DNA of 64,000 nt. It comes from Patescibacteria group bacterium. Its GTDB lineage: Bacteria; Patescibacteriota; JABMPQ01; JAQVVF01. Positions 37,530 through 46,650 of this stretch are shown here, in pieces (within the stretch, counting starts at the first letter, position 1; every line of letters begins with the position of its first letter). The translations under genes and the position numbers were made by a program. The notes under the pieces are model-generated. The model had not been told where the DNA came from. It was given only the letters and a program-made list of their open reading frames with translations, and made no database searches. The stretch is from contig JAQVVF010000005.1 of the NCBI GenBank assembly GCA_028699085.1, positions 79-64,078 on the forward strand, in the 5' to 3' direction.

Positions 37530-38102
37530 ATGAAAGAAATCCAACCAGTGAACCTTGATAATTATTATGATCTTGCCAAAATAAAAAAAGAGATTGCCAC
37601 AATGAACAAAAAAGTTAATCCTTGGTTAGTTGGTATTCTTTGCGCCATTTCAGCTATCTCATACTTCATTTTTGCGATAAGCGGTGAGAACAGGGTCATT
37701 GGCATCAGCAGTACGATCATTTTTTTGCTTACATTAGCCCCAACAGCATACTTTGGTATTCGTAAATTTGACCAAGTTATGGCTCGAAGTTTGATTGAAA
37801 ATCCTAGCACTTTATACAATAAGCTCTGCATTCAAATCTGTCTGTGGGCAGATTTCGTTAATGCGCAAATTGCTGAATTTAATAGCATTTTGATAAATCA
37901 ATCAGCTGGCGAGTTACAAATCGATTTACTCGAACAGGCGACTGCTCTCGAATCAAAAAAGCGCCAGTTAAACGTTTTTCTAGAAAATCTTTATCGAGTA
38001 AAATCAGTTGATTTTCATCCCAATAATCTTAAAATGATGATTGCTGAGCTAGAAGAAAAAATCAGATTTGAAAATCAAATCAAGGCCATTACAATCGAAT
38101 AA
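37530..38102 (+). CDS. Hypothetical 2-TM protein with coiled-coil tail (SD-bearing orphan)
   Basis: TTGACA-17-CATAAT promoter, AAGGAGG, terminator aagaccatttggtctttttt after the stop. Confidence 0.75.
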   Translation: MKEIQPVNLDNYYDLAKIKKEIATMNKKVNPWLVGILCAISAISYFIFAISGENRVIGISSTIIFLLTLAPTAYFGIRKFDQVMARSLIENPSTLYNKLCIQICLWADFVNAQIAEFNSILINQSAGELQIDLLEQATALESKKRQLNVFLENLYRVKSVDFHPNNLKMMIAELEEKIRFENQIKAITIE

Positions 38103-38377
38103 TCGCACCTTTAAGACCATTTGGTCTTTTTTTATGCTTACAAATCATGCAAATTTAAATTGAATTACGCGGATAAGAAAATATTTTTGAGACTCGTGGT
38201 TGTTAAACATTTACGCGATTAGCAAGTAATGAAATTATCAACAGCTCGTTTGTTTTAATAGCTGTTTTATTGTATAATAAAATAAAGTTTAAAAACATTA
38301 AAAATAAAAATACAAGCTTAAAAAAGCATATCTAGAAATTACATTTTTAGATAATCTTAATTTAAGTTTTTAACAAA

Positions 38378-39211
38378 ATGCCAAACGGAGTTCCTCCAAC
38401 AAATTTACCTACAAATGATCAAAAAAATTCAGCTAATGAACCACCAAAAACAACATTCAAGCCATCTCCTGATAGAGTTAAAAATTTTCGTAAACAAATG
38501 GGAAAAATAAATCCAGAACCTGGAATGCCAAGTCGTCCAACACCACCAACACCACCGACTCCATCAGCACCTCAATCTCCAAAACCACAGCCACCAATGC
38601 CTCCAAAACCAACAACTCCAGAACCTCCTCAATTTGCACCAAAAGCACCTACACCAGCTCCAATGACGCCAAAGCCAACTCCTCCTCCGACTCCAGCACC
38701 AAAACCTAAAGCTCCAGTTCCTCCTCAGCCAAAAAGTCCAGAAATGCCAGAGCAAGCAGACGGTCCTTCAATTGAACAAGTTGAAAAGAAAAATTTAGTT
38801 GTTAAAATAATTATTTTAATTGTTGTTGTTGCTGCTTTAGCTGGATTAGTTTTGGGTGGAGTTTTTGCTTATAATAAATGGCTTAGTCCGTCTTCAAAAA
38901 CAAATACTACTAATACAAATTTGAATACTAATACGCAAGTTATTCCAGAAAACATAATTATTAATGAACAAATTAAAATCAAAGATTCAGATGGTGATAC
39001 AATTACTGATGAATGGGAAATAAAATATGGCCTTGATCCTAATGATCCAGCTGATGCAAATAAAGATAACGACAAAGATAAGCTAATAAATATCGAAGAA
39101 TTCAAATACAAAACAAATCCGAATAGCCAAGACACAGATGGAGATACATTTAGCGATTACATTGAAATACAAAAGGGCTTTAATCCAAACGGTGCCGGTA
39201 AATTAAAATAG
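38378..39211 (+). CDS. Pro-rich, single-TM protein with C-terminal Ca-binding DxDxD (TSP3-like) repeats
   Basis: P-rich N-terminus, TM, DSDGD..D.WE...GLDPND, DNDKD, DTDGD...NPNG.G. Confidence 0.8.
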   Translation: MPNGVPPTNLPTNDQKNSANEPPKTTFKPSPDRVKNFRKQMGKINPEPGMPSRPTPPTPPTPSAPQSPKPQPPMPPKPTTPEPPQFAPKAPTPAPMTPKPTPPPTPAPKPKAPVPPQPKSPEMPEQADGPSIEQVEKKNLVVKIIILIVVVAALAGLVLGGVFAYNKWLSPSSKTNTTNTNLNTNTQVIPENIIINEQIKIKDSDGDTITDEWEIKYGLDPNDPADANKDNDKDKLINIEEFKYKTNPNSQDTDGDTFSDYIEIQKGFNPNGAGKLK

Positions 39212-39214
39212 TAT

Positions 39215-39739
39215 ATGCAAAATTCTGGATTTAACAAATCAGCACTGTCATCAAGCAATCAGCAAAATCAAAAACCAAATCTAGAATTCCAATATTTACA
39301 ACAAAACAACAAGAAACATTCGATTCTTGTTGTTTTACTGATTATATTTTTAATTATTATTCTCGGTATTATTTGCGTAATTGCTTATGATTTTTTTCAA
39401 AAAAACAAGCAAGCAAATCTAACTGCAGATTTATATAATCAAGATATCGATGGCGATGGGTTGACGACAATTGAAGAGCTAAAATATGGTACTGACCAAA
39501 ATCAATATGATACAGATTTTGATAAAATGCCAGATGGCTGGGAGACAAGAAACAATTTAGATCCAAAAGATTATCTTGATGCAGTTAAGGATAATGATGA
39601 AGATGGCTTAACAAATCTTCAAGAGCTGCAATATAATTCCAACCCGAATATTAAAGATACTGATAATGATGGTTTTAACGATGGCGATGAAGTAAAAAAC
39701 AATTATAATCCTAATGGTGAAGGTAAAATCATTAAATAA
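39215..39739 (+). CDS. Single-TM protein with TSP3-like Ca-binding repeats
   Basis: DIDGDGL, DTDFD.MPDGWE, DNDEDGL, DTDNDGFNDG.E...NPNGEG. Confidence 0.8.
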   Translation: MQNSGFNKSALSSSNQQNQKPNLEFQYLQQNNKKHSILVVLLIIFLIIILGIICVIAYDFFQKNKQANLTADLYNQDIDGDGLTTIEELKYGTDQNQYDTDFDKMPDGWETRNNLDPKDYLDAVKDNDEDGLTNLQELQYNSNPNIKDTDNDGFNDGDEVKNNYNPNGEGKIIK

Positions 39740-41117
39740 AAACTTTAAAAATAAATTTATTTATGCCAAAATTATTTTAATTTTAGGCATAGTTTTGTTT
39801 TTACCAAAAATTTCATTTGCTAAAATTCCATTCAATATTTTGGTCAGCACTGGTTTCGGTGTTAATCCTCAATTAAAAGAATTTTCTAATACTGGAAAAG
39901 TTGCCAGCTATTTATCAAATATAAAACAATTACCAAAAAACAATAAAGGCATTAACGTTGCTTCTGGCGATGTTGATGGTGATGCTATTGACGAGATAAT
40001 AATCGCTCAAAGAGCTGGCGGAAATTCAGAAGTTTTAGTTTTTGAGAAAAACGGCAAATTTAAAAAACCAATTTTGAATCCGTATCCTAATTCAGTTACT
40101 GGAGTAAATATTGCTGCAGGTGATGTTGATAAAGATGGCAAAGACGAAATTATTACAGTTCCTGCAGAAGGTGGAATTGCACAAGTTAAAATATATCGCT
40201 TCAATAAAAAACAAGAAATTATCAAAGAATTCAAGGCTTTTAGTGAAGATAAATGTGGAGGATCTGTTGCCTCAGGAGATATTGATCATGACGACAAAGA
40301 TGAAATAATTGTTGGCAATGGACCAAAATGTCCTCCAAAAGTTCGCGTTTATGAATCTAACGGCACTAGATTGCCATTAGAGTTTTATGCTTTTAATCCA
40401 AATTTTTTGGGCGGAATTGATGTTGCTGCCGGCGATGTTGATAAAGATGGAATTGATGAAATTGGCACTTGCCAATCTCAGCAGCAAGCTTGGTGCAAAA
40501 TTTACAAATATAAAAATTATACTCCTTTAATTGGTTCATGGCTTGCCTATAGCAATTTTGAAGTTGGCGCTAGAATTGATTTTGCTGATTTGGATTCTGA
40601 TGGCCGCGATGAAGTAATTACTGGTACGGCTCATGGCACTCCGCAAGTCCGTTTTTTTGAAGCATCAGGCGCTCCAATCAATATTAATTTTTACCCATTT
40701 CCAAAAAATTATGATTCCGGTATTGATGTCGCTCCATTTTTCGCTAACAACAAATCACAGGAAAAAGTCATTTATGTTGAAGATGGCGACAGTATTTATT
40801 TAACTGATAGTAGGGAAATGCGCTATATCGGTGTTAATGCTCCGGAAGTTGGCAAAAAGTATTATGAGCAAGCAATTAATCTAAACAAAAGGTTAGTTGA
40901 ACACAAAAATATAACTCTAGAATATGATGTTGATCGCGAAGATCATATTGGCCGAGATTTAGCTTATGTCTTTGTTGGAAAAAAATTTATTAACAAAATT
41001 ATAGTCGCCAAAGGCTTAGCCAAGGTTGATACTTATAAGCCAAATGTAAAATATCGATCAGTATTTAAAAAAGCCCAGCGTCGAGCTCAAAGATTGCACC
41101 TTGGAATGTGGAAGTGA
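39714..41117 (+). CDS. Secreted FG-GAP/VCBS repeat protein fused to thermonuclease (SNase) domain
   Basis: Signal-like TM; five [VI]A.GD.D.D..DE[IV] repeats; C-terminal DGDS, RYIGVNAPE, D..GRDLAYV, G.W. Confidence 0.85.
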   Translation: MVKVKSLNKNFKNKFIYAKIILILGIVLFLPKISFAKIPFNILVSTGFGVNPQLKEFSNTGKVASYLSNIKQLPKNNKGINVASGDVDGDAIDEIIIAQRAGGNSEVLVFEKNGKFKKPILNPYPNSVTGVNIAAGDVDKDGKDEIITVPAEGGIAQVKIYRFNKKQEIIKEFKAFSEDKCGGSVASGDIDHDDKDEIIVGNGPKCPPKVRVYESNGTRLPLEFYAFNPNFLGGIDVAAGDVDKDGIDEIGTCQSQQQAWCKIYKYKNYTPLIGSWLAYSNFEVGARIDFADLDSDGRDEVITGTAHGTPQVRFFEASGAPININFYPFPKNYDSGIDVAPFFANNKSQEKVIYVEDGDSIYLTDSREMRYIGVNAPEVGKKYYEQAINLNKRLVEHKNITLEYDVDREDHIGRDLAYVFVGKKFINKIIVAKGLAKVDTYKPNVKYRSVFKKAQRRAQRLHLGMWK

Positions 41118-41159
41118 ATATATCGTCGAGAAAAAACAGTTCTGTATCCTAATGCAAGA

Positions 41160-42374
41160 TTAATCAATCAATTTCTTATAGCAAGGTATCGAATAAATAG
41201 ATCCGCAAATCAAAATAGGTAAATTATTTTTCAAAGCCAAATCAATGGCTTTTTTGATTGCTAAATTTAATTCCATGGTTTGTCCATTTTTATAATATTT
41301 TTTTAGTTGAACGGTACTGTACATCAAATCCATTTTTAGTTTAGGAAAAATAATTTCTAAAATTATTGGTTTCAAAATTTTCAAATTTTGTTTTGCATCT
41401 TTAGTTATTTTGGCAGAAAACAAAATGATTGCTTTTTTATATTTCAAATCTTTAAAAGTTTTTACCAAAGTTTTAAATCCGCCAGGATTATGCGCGCTAT
41501 CAATAATAATCGTTATTTTATTTTTACCAAGCTTTTTAAATCGCACATCGAATCTAGTTGGCCATTTAACTTTTAAAAATCCATTTTTAATTGCTTGTTC
41601 AGAAATTTTGTATTTCTCTTTTAGTTCATTTATCGCACTCAAGACAATGCCAGCATTTCGCCTCTGATGCTCACCTAAAAGTTTTAGTTTATACTTATTG
41701 CTTAATTTATCAGTCTTTATCAATTTAGCCTTTTTTTCTTTACAAACTTTTTTAATTACATTTAACGTTGTTCCTCGGTTCGAGGTAACGACAACAGAAT
41801 CAGACTTTATAATACCTGCTTTCTCTTTAGTAATCTTTGCAATTGTGTTACCTAAATATTCTTTATGGTCAATTGAGATATCGGTGATTGCAGAAATTCC
41901 AAGATTTAAAACATTAGTCGCATCTAATCTTCCGCCAAGACCAACTTCAAAGACTACAAAGTCAACTTTTTCGTCTCTAAAATATAATATTGCAATAACC
42001 GTTAAAATTTCAAACCAAGTTGGCTGATCATTTATCTCTTTTTTAACTTTTTTTACATAGGGCAAAATATATTCAAAATATTTCGCTAATCTTTTTTCAG
42101 AAATATCTTGATAATCAATCCTAATTCTTTCCGTCATTTTAAAAATATGTGGGGAAGTGAATAGTCCGACTTTGTATCCAGCTTGTGTCAAAATGCTCTG
42201 TAATGAGGCACTGACAGATCCTTTGCCATTTGTTCCAGCAACATGCACGCCTTTTAAATTATTTTCCGGATTACCAAGTTTCTCCAGCAATTTTTCAATT
42301 CTTCTCAGATCTAACCACGCCTTCTTTTTAGGAGGTGTGTCAAAAAGCTTTTCGTATTTTGTTAGGATTGACAT
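41160..42374 (-). CDS. folC: Folylpolyglutamate synthase/dihydrofolate synthase
   Basis: HVAGTNGKGS, FTSPH, EVGLGGRLDATN, DH..YLG, EKAGIIK, D.AHN. Confidence 0.95.
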   Translation of the reverse strand: MSILTKYEKLFDTPPKKKAWLDLRRIEKLLEKLGNPENNLKGVHVAGTNGKGSVSASLQSILTQAGYKVGLFTSPHIFKMTERIRIDYQDISEKRLAKYFEYILPYVKKVKKEINDQPTWFEILTVIAILYFRDEKVDFVVFEVGLGGRLDATNVLNLGISAITDISIDHKEYLGNTIAKITKEKAGIIKSDSVVVTSNRGTTLNVIKKVCKEKKAKLIKTDKLSNKYKLKLLGEHQRRNAGIVLSAINELKEKYKISEQAIKNGFLKVKWPTRFDVRFKKLGKNKITIIIDSAHNPGGFKTLVKTFKDLKYKKAIILFSAKITKDAKQNLKILKPIILEIIFPKLKMDLMYSTVQLKKYYKNGQTMELNLAIKKAIDLALKNNLPILICGSIYSIPCYKKLID

Positions 42375-42463
42375 AAGTTATTAAAGTATAATTAAAAAAC
42401 CAGCCTTTTGCAAGAGCTGGTTCATATATCTTATGCCTTAAATCTTACATCTTATATCTAAAG

Positions 42464-43159
42464 TTAAGCCCATTTCCTAAAGAATTCTTTTGTTATCATG
42501 TATCTGTGAGAAATCCTTAATCCTGACAAATTTACTTTTTTTGATAAATAATTTAAACAAGTATTAAAAATTGTATAGCTTGCCCAAATTCCTGAAGCAA
42601 ATAATCCTCTCTCAACTGCCACAACAGGAATCAAAGCGATCCAAACTGATGCCGGAAGATTAAAGGCATACAAAAACGCCACTGATCCAACAGCATGAGC
42701 AGTAAATGTTGAGCCTAAACTTTTTAAAATCAATCTGTCCGCTTTAAATGCGCAAACAATTGGAATTAGCCAGTATAATGCAAAAAACCAAGCTTGCCTT
42801 CCTTCTGGTTTCAACCAAAAAAGAATCATACAAATAGCTGGAGTTGCAATTCTAAATAATTTAGAATCCTTCTTAATTCCAAAATAAATTGCTGCAAAAA
42901 CCATTGGAAATAATCTGATTATGTTTGTCACATCAAAAGCTTGATGATGAAAAACAGTATTAAATATTTTGACCGCAAGAACAGAAATCGCAGCAGGGAT
43001 TGCACCTAAAAATCCGCCTGACATTGGAGCAAAAAAATCAAAGCCAGTAAATGCTTGTGAAGATCCCATTATTTTTGCAAAAGGGAATTGAAGCAGAATA
43101 TATCCGATAATCGTAAATAAGATTACAAATAAAATTTTTCTAAATAAATTTGATTTCAT
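42464..43159 (-). CDS. Multi-TM protein resembling an ECF transporter substrate-binding (S) component
   Basis: About 6 TMs, 231 aa, P..GGFLG...A...V pattern; directly upstream of folC on the same strand. Confidence 0.5.
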   Translation of the reverse strand: MKSNLFRKILFVILFTIIGYILLQFPFAKIMGSSQAFTGFDFFAPMSGGFLGAIPAAISVLAVKIFNTVFHHQAFDVTNIIRLFPMVFAAIYFGIKKDSKLFRIATPAICMILFWLKPEGRQAWFFALYWLIPIVCAFKADRLILKSLGSTFTAHAVGSVAFLYAFNLPASVWIALIPVVAVERGLFASGIWASYTIFNTCLNYLSKKVNLSGLRISHRYMITKEFFRKWA

Positions 43160-43235
43160 AAAATAGTTGTAAGTTAGCAGTTATAAGTTACTAGTTAAAA
43201 ATTAAATTAGTGTGTCATAAAAATTAAATTAAATT

Positions 43236-44981
43236 CTACAAACTACGGCTTACAATTTCCTGCTTAACTTTTTCAATAAATTTATCAATTGCAAAATTTT
43301 CAACTTTTCCATCTCGAAGTCTAATTGGTAATTCAGAAGATTTCTCTTCACGTTCTCCAAAAACAATTGTGTATGGAACTTTTTGCTTTCTTGATCCGGC
43401 AATTTTTTTGCCAACACTTTCTTCGCGATTATCAACCTCAACTCTTATTCCTTGTTCTTTGAATTTCTTAGCCAGTTCGTTTGCTTTACCTCCAAATTTT
43501 TCAGAAACTGAAAGAATCAAAACTTGAACAGGGGAGAGCCAAACTGGAAATTTTCCAGCATAATGTTCAATCAAAATTCCTAAAAATCTTTCTGGCGAGC
43601 CAACAATTGCTCGATGAACCATGACAGGTGTTTGCTCTTTTCCATCTTTGTCATTATATTTTAGGCCAAATCTTTGAGGCATAATAAAATCTAGTTGAAT
43701 CGTTGAAATTTGCCATTCTCTGCCTAAAGAGTCTTTTGTTAAAAAATCCATTTTAGGGCCATACAAGGCAGCTTCACCCAAAGCTTTCGTATAGATAATT
43801 TTATTGTCGTTCAAAAATTTTTCTAGTAATTTTTGTGATTTTTCCCAGATCTCTGGATCTCCTAAATATTTTTCCTTTTTTGCTGGGTCCCATAAAGACA
43901 ATCTTATTGAACATTCCATGCCATATGTTTTCAAGGCTTTTTTAACAATTTCGAGAACTGATGAAAATTCATCCACAATCTGATCTTCTCTGCAAAAGCT
44001 ATGTCCGTCATCTTGGCAAAAGCATCGAAGTCTTGTTAAACCATTTAGCTCGCCTGGTTTTTCATCGCGATATAAATTTGCAAAATCAGCAATTCTGATT
44101 GGCAAATCTTTATAACTACGAGGTTGAGAAGCAAAGACTTGAGTATGCTGTGGGCAATTCATTGGTTTCAAGAAAAATTCCTCTTTAGTATAATTTGAAA
44201 TAACCTTAAACATATTCTCTTTAAATTTGTCGTAATGTCCTGAAATTTTAAAAAGTTCTGCTCGATTCATATTCGGACTCCAAACTTCTTGATAGCCAAT
44301 ACTTTTTTGCAATTCATTTATATGGTTAACGATTTCTCTTCGAACAATAGCGCCTTTAAAAGTATAAACTGGCATACCTGCACCAATTAGATCAGAGAAA
44401 ATAAACAAATCCATTTCTTTTCCTAATTTTCGATGATCTCTTTTTTCAGCTTCTAATTTTTGTACCTCATATTTTCTTAGTTCTTTAGCATCCAAAAATG
44501 CCAAGCCATAAATTCTCTGCAACATTTTATTTTTTTCATTGCCTCTCCAATACGCGCCAGCAACACGCTCTAATTTAAAGCTTTTTGGATTGATTTCAGA
44601 TGTATTCTCTACATGAGGACCTAAACACAAATTCTCGAACCAATCTGATTTATAAAAGCTTACATCTTTTTCGCCAGCAGTTTTTAAGTCTTTAATCAAT
44701 TCAGTCTTGTATGGATCATCTTTGTATAAATTTAAAGCCTCATCAAATGACATTTGATGTTGAACAAAAGGAATTCTTTGCTTAATTAATTCTTGCATTC
44801 TCTTTTCTATCCACTCAAAATCCTTTTCAGAAATTTTTTCAGGTAAATCATAATCCTGATAAAAGCCATTTTCAATTGTTGGTCCAACACCAAGTTTAGC
44901 TTTTGGATATTTTTCCAAAATAGCCATCGTCATCAGGTGGGATAAAGAATGTCGAATTTTTTGTATTTGATTATTTTCCAT
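43236..44981 (-). CDS. thrS: Threonine-tRNA ligase (no TGS domain)
   Basis: RHS..H, LCLGPH, GAYWRG, RDHRKLG, KPMNCP, YGPK.D, HRA..GS.ERF. Confidence 0.97.
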   Translation of the reverse strand: MENNQIQKIRHSLSHLMTMAILEKYPKAKLGVGPTIENGFYQDYDLPEKISEKDFEWIEKRMQELIKQRIPFVQHQMSFDEALNLYKDDPYKTELIKDLKTAGEKDVSFYKSDWFENLCLGPHVENTSEINPKSFKLERVAGAYWRGNEKNKMLQRIYGLAFLDAKELRKYEVQKLEAEKRDHRKLGKEMDLFIFSDLIGAGMPVYTFKGAIVRREIVNHINELQKSIGYQEVWSPNMNRAELFKISGHYDKFKENMFKVISNYTKEEFFLKPMNCPQHTQVFASQPRSYKDLPIRIADFANLYRDEKPGELNGLTRLRCFCQDDGHSFCREDQIVDEFSSVLEIVKKALKTYGMECSIRLSLWDPAKKEKYLGDPEIWEKSQKLLEKFLNDNKIIYTKALGEAALYGPKMDFLTKDSLGREWQISTIQLDFIMPQRFGLKYNDKDGKEQTPVMVHRAIVGSPERFLGILIEHYAGKFPVWLSPVQVLILSVSEKFGGKANELAKKFKEQGIRVEVDNREESVGKKIAGSRKQKVPYTIVFGEREEKSSELPIRLRDGKVENFAIDKFIEKVKQEIVSRSL

Positions 44982-45043
44982 AATTTTTAATATTATATAG
45001 CCAGATTAACAGATTTACAAGATTATTTCAAATCCCAAACGCT

Positions 45044-46177
45044 TTATTTTGTAATTATTTCCACGTTTCCAGATCCTCCTGGTACAGTCTTTTGCCAAAT
45101 AGGCGAAAAATAAATATCTACATTTTCAATATCTTCCTGGTATTTTTTATAATAAGTTTTTATTTCATCATAATTAAATCCAGTAATTTTTTCTTTATCC
45201 AATGCTTCTTTAGGTAATACTGGTTTTAAAAAAGCAGAGCAAGATATTTTAAAAATCGCTTGGTTTTTTTGTGGATTCAACTCAATTATTTCAGCTTTTA
45301 AATTATTTTCATCAAGTTCTGCAAATTCTTTTTCACCAATAATTTGTCCTTTTAATTTTGCAATTGCCAGATTTTCTAGCATTTCTTTATTTAACAAAAC
45401 TCCAGCAATTTTTAATTTTAAATCAGCTTTCAATTTATCTGCCTCTTCATTCGCATTGGCTGATGTCTTAAAGCTTGAAATTTCTTTTTTAAAAAGCTGA
45501 TCCCAAAGCTCTTCATTATCTTTTTGTTCATTTTTGATATCAGTCAAAAATTTAGAAAATAAATCATCAACTATTTTATTTCGTAAATTATTTATATCGT
45601 CATCAGAAACAATTTTGCCAGTCTTTTCGCCTCCAGTAAATTCTTCTTTATTTTCAGCATAAACTAAATCTTTCCAGCCAGACCAAAGTTTTACAAAAGT
45701 AAATTTTGTTGGTTTCAAATTTCCGGCAATGCCTTTTTGGCTGGCAATAACTTTCATTTCAACCTTATCTTTCGGTTTTAAAATCAAAGGCCCAGTTGTC
45801 TTAAAAATTATTTCTGAATTATCAGGTTTTAATTGTGAAGAAGCAACTAATGTTAATGCTTTATCTTGTTTGTTATAAACAGTAACTTTTCCAGAAGCAA
45901 AATCATCAACCTTTTTTTCTTTAATGTCTGTAATCTCTTCAGAACCTGCAATTTCTTTTTCCACAAATCTGCCACTAACAGATGTAGCATTAATTTTTTC
46001 TTTGCCAACTGCAATTTCAAAAGTCGTATCAATTTTTTCCTTGCGCAATTCTAAAGTTATCTTGGCTTTAGAGAAAGAAGTATAGAAGACAAAAACTAGT
46101 ACTAAGAAACTTATAATTCCAAAAACAAATATTATTTTATAAGGTGAGCGTGAAGGTCCAATTTTGCCTAAGTTCAT
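45044..46177 (-). CDS. Membrane-anchored protein with baseplate-J-like beta domain
   Basis: N-terminal TM, ASGKVTVYN, V.A.Q.G..GN, N...FTGG motifs. Confidence 0.55.
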   Translation of the reverse strand: MNLGKIGPSRSPYKIIFVFGIISFLVLVFVFYTSFSKAKITLELRKEKIDTTFEIAVGKEKINATSVSGRFVEKEIAGSEEITDIKEKKVDDFASGKVTVYNKQDKALTLVASSQLKPDNSEIIFKTTGPLILKPKDKVEMKVIASQKGIAGNLKPTKFTFVKLWSGWKDLVYAENKEEFTGGEKTGKIVSDDDINNLRNKIVDDLFSKFLTDIKNEQKDNEELWDQLFKKEISSFKTSANANEEADKLKADLKLKIAGVLLNKEMLENLAIAKLKGQIIGEKEFAELDENNLKAEIIELNPQKNQAIFKISCSAFLKPVLPKEALDKEKITGFNYDEIKTYYKKYQEDIENVDIYFSPIWQKTVPGGSGNVEIITK

Positions 46178-46650
46178 ATATTTAAAAACCTAAAAAAATT
46201 AAAAATATTAATACGCTTCTTCCTAATTATTCTTCTGCGAATTCTTATATTAAGGCCAATAATCCCAGGCCAATTTTTCTTAAGCCAGATTTTTGATTTC
46301 AAAAAGTAATCATCTAATCCACGGCTTGACATTTCTTTTCTAATTATACCGCCTTGATGAGGGTGGCGAAATGATTGGGCTAGGGGAGAAGAAAAGCCAT
46401 GTGCATAATGAACAAGTTCATGAATAATTGTTGCATCAACTACATACTGAGGTATTTTTTCATCTTTAAAATAAGAGGTTAAAGTTATAATTGTTTGATT
46501 ATTTTCTGGATTAAGCTTGATTGATCCAAGTCTTGCTTTAGCTTTTCGCCCAAACAAAATCACAATATCATTTTTGATTTGTATATCAGAAAAATAATTT
46601 TGTAAAAAAAATATCAGCCGTTGTTTTAGCCAATTATTATCTCTAACCAT
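46174..46650 (-). CDS. SprT-like zinc metalloprotease (HExxH) with basic C-terminal tail
   Basis: RLGSI, TIIHELVHYAH, PH.G; start MVRDN overlaps the dnaE stop. Confidence 0.7.
   Translation of the reverse strand: MVRDNNWLKQRLIFFLQNYFSDIQIKNDIVILFGRKAKARLGSIKLNPENNQTIITLTSYFKDEKIPQYVVDATIIHELVHYAHGFSSPLAQSFRHPHQGGIIRKEMSSRGLDDYFLKSKIWLKKNWPGIIGLNIRIRRRIIRKKRINIFNFFRFLNI

Noticed and set aside
38520-38750. CCA-rich repeats as CRISPR or tandem DNA repeat
   Set aside because: They are proline codons of a Pro-rich linker with no repeat-spacer structure; no CRISPR array or cas gene is seen anywhere in the window
45044-46177. Baseplate-J-like gene as prophage or contractile injection system
   Set aside because: Solitary, membrane-anchored, within a core operon; no other phage structural genes nearby
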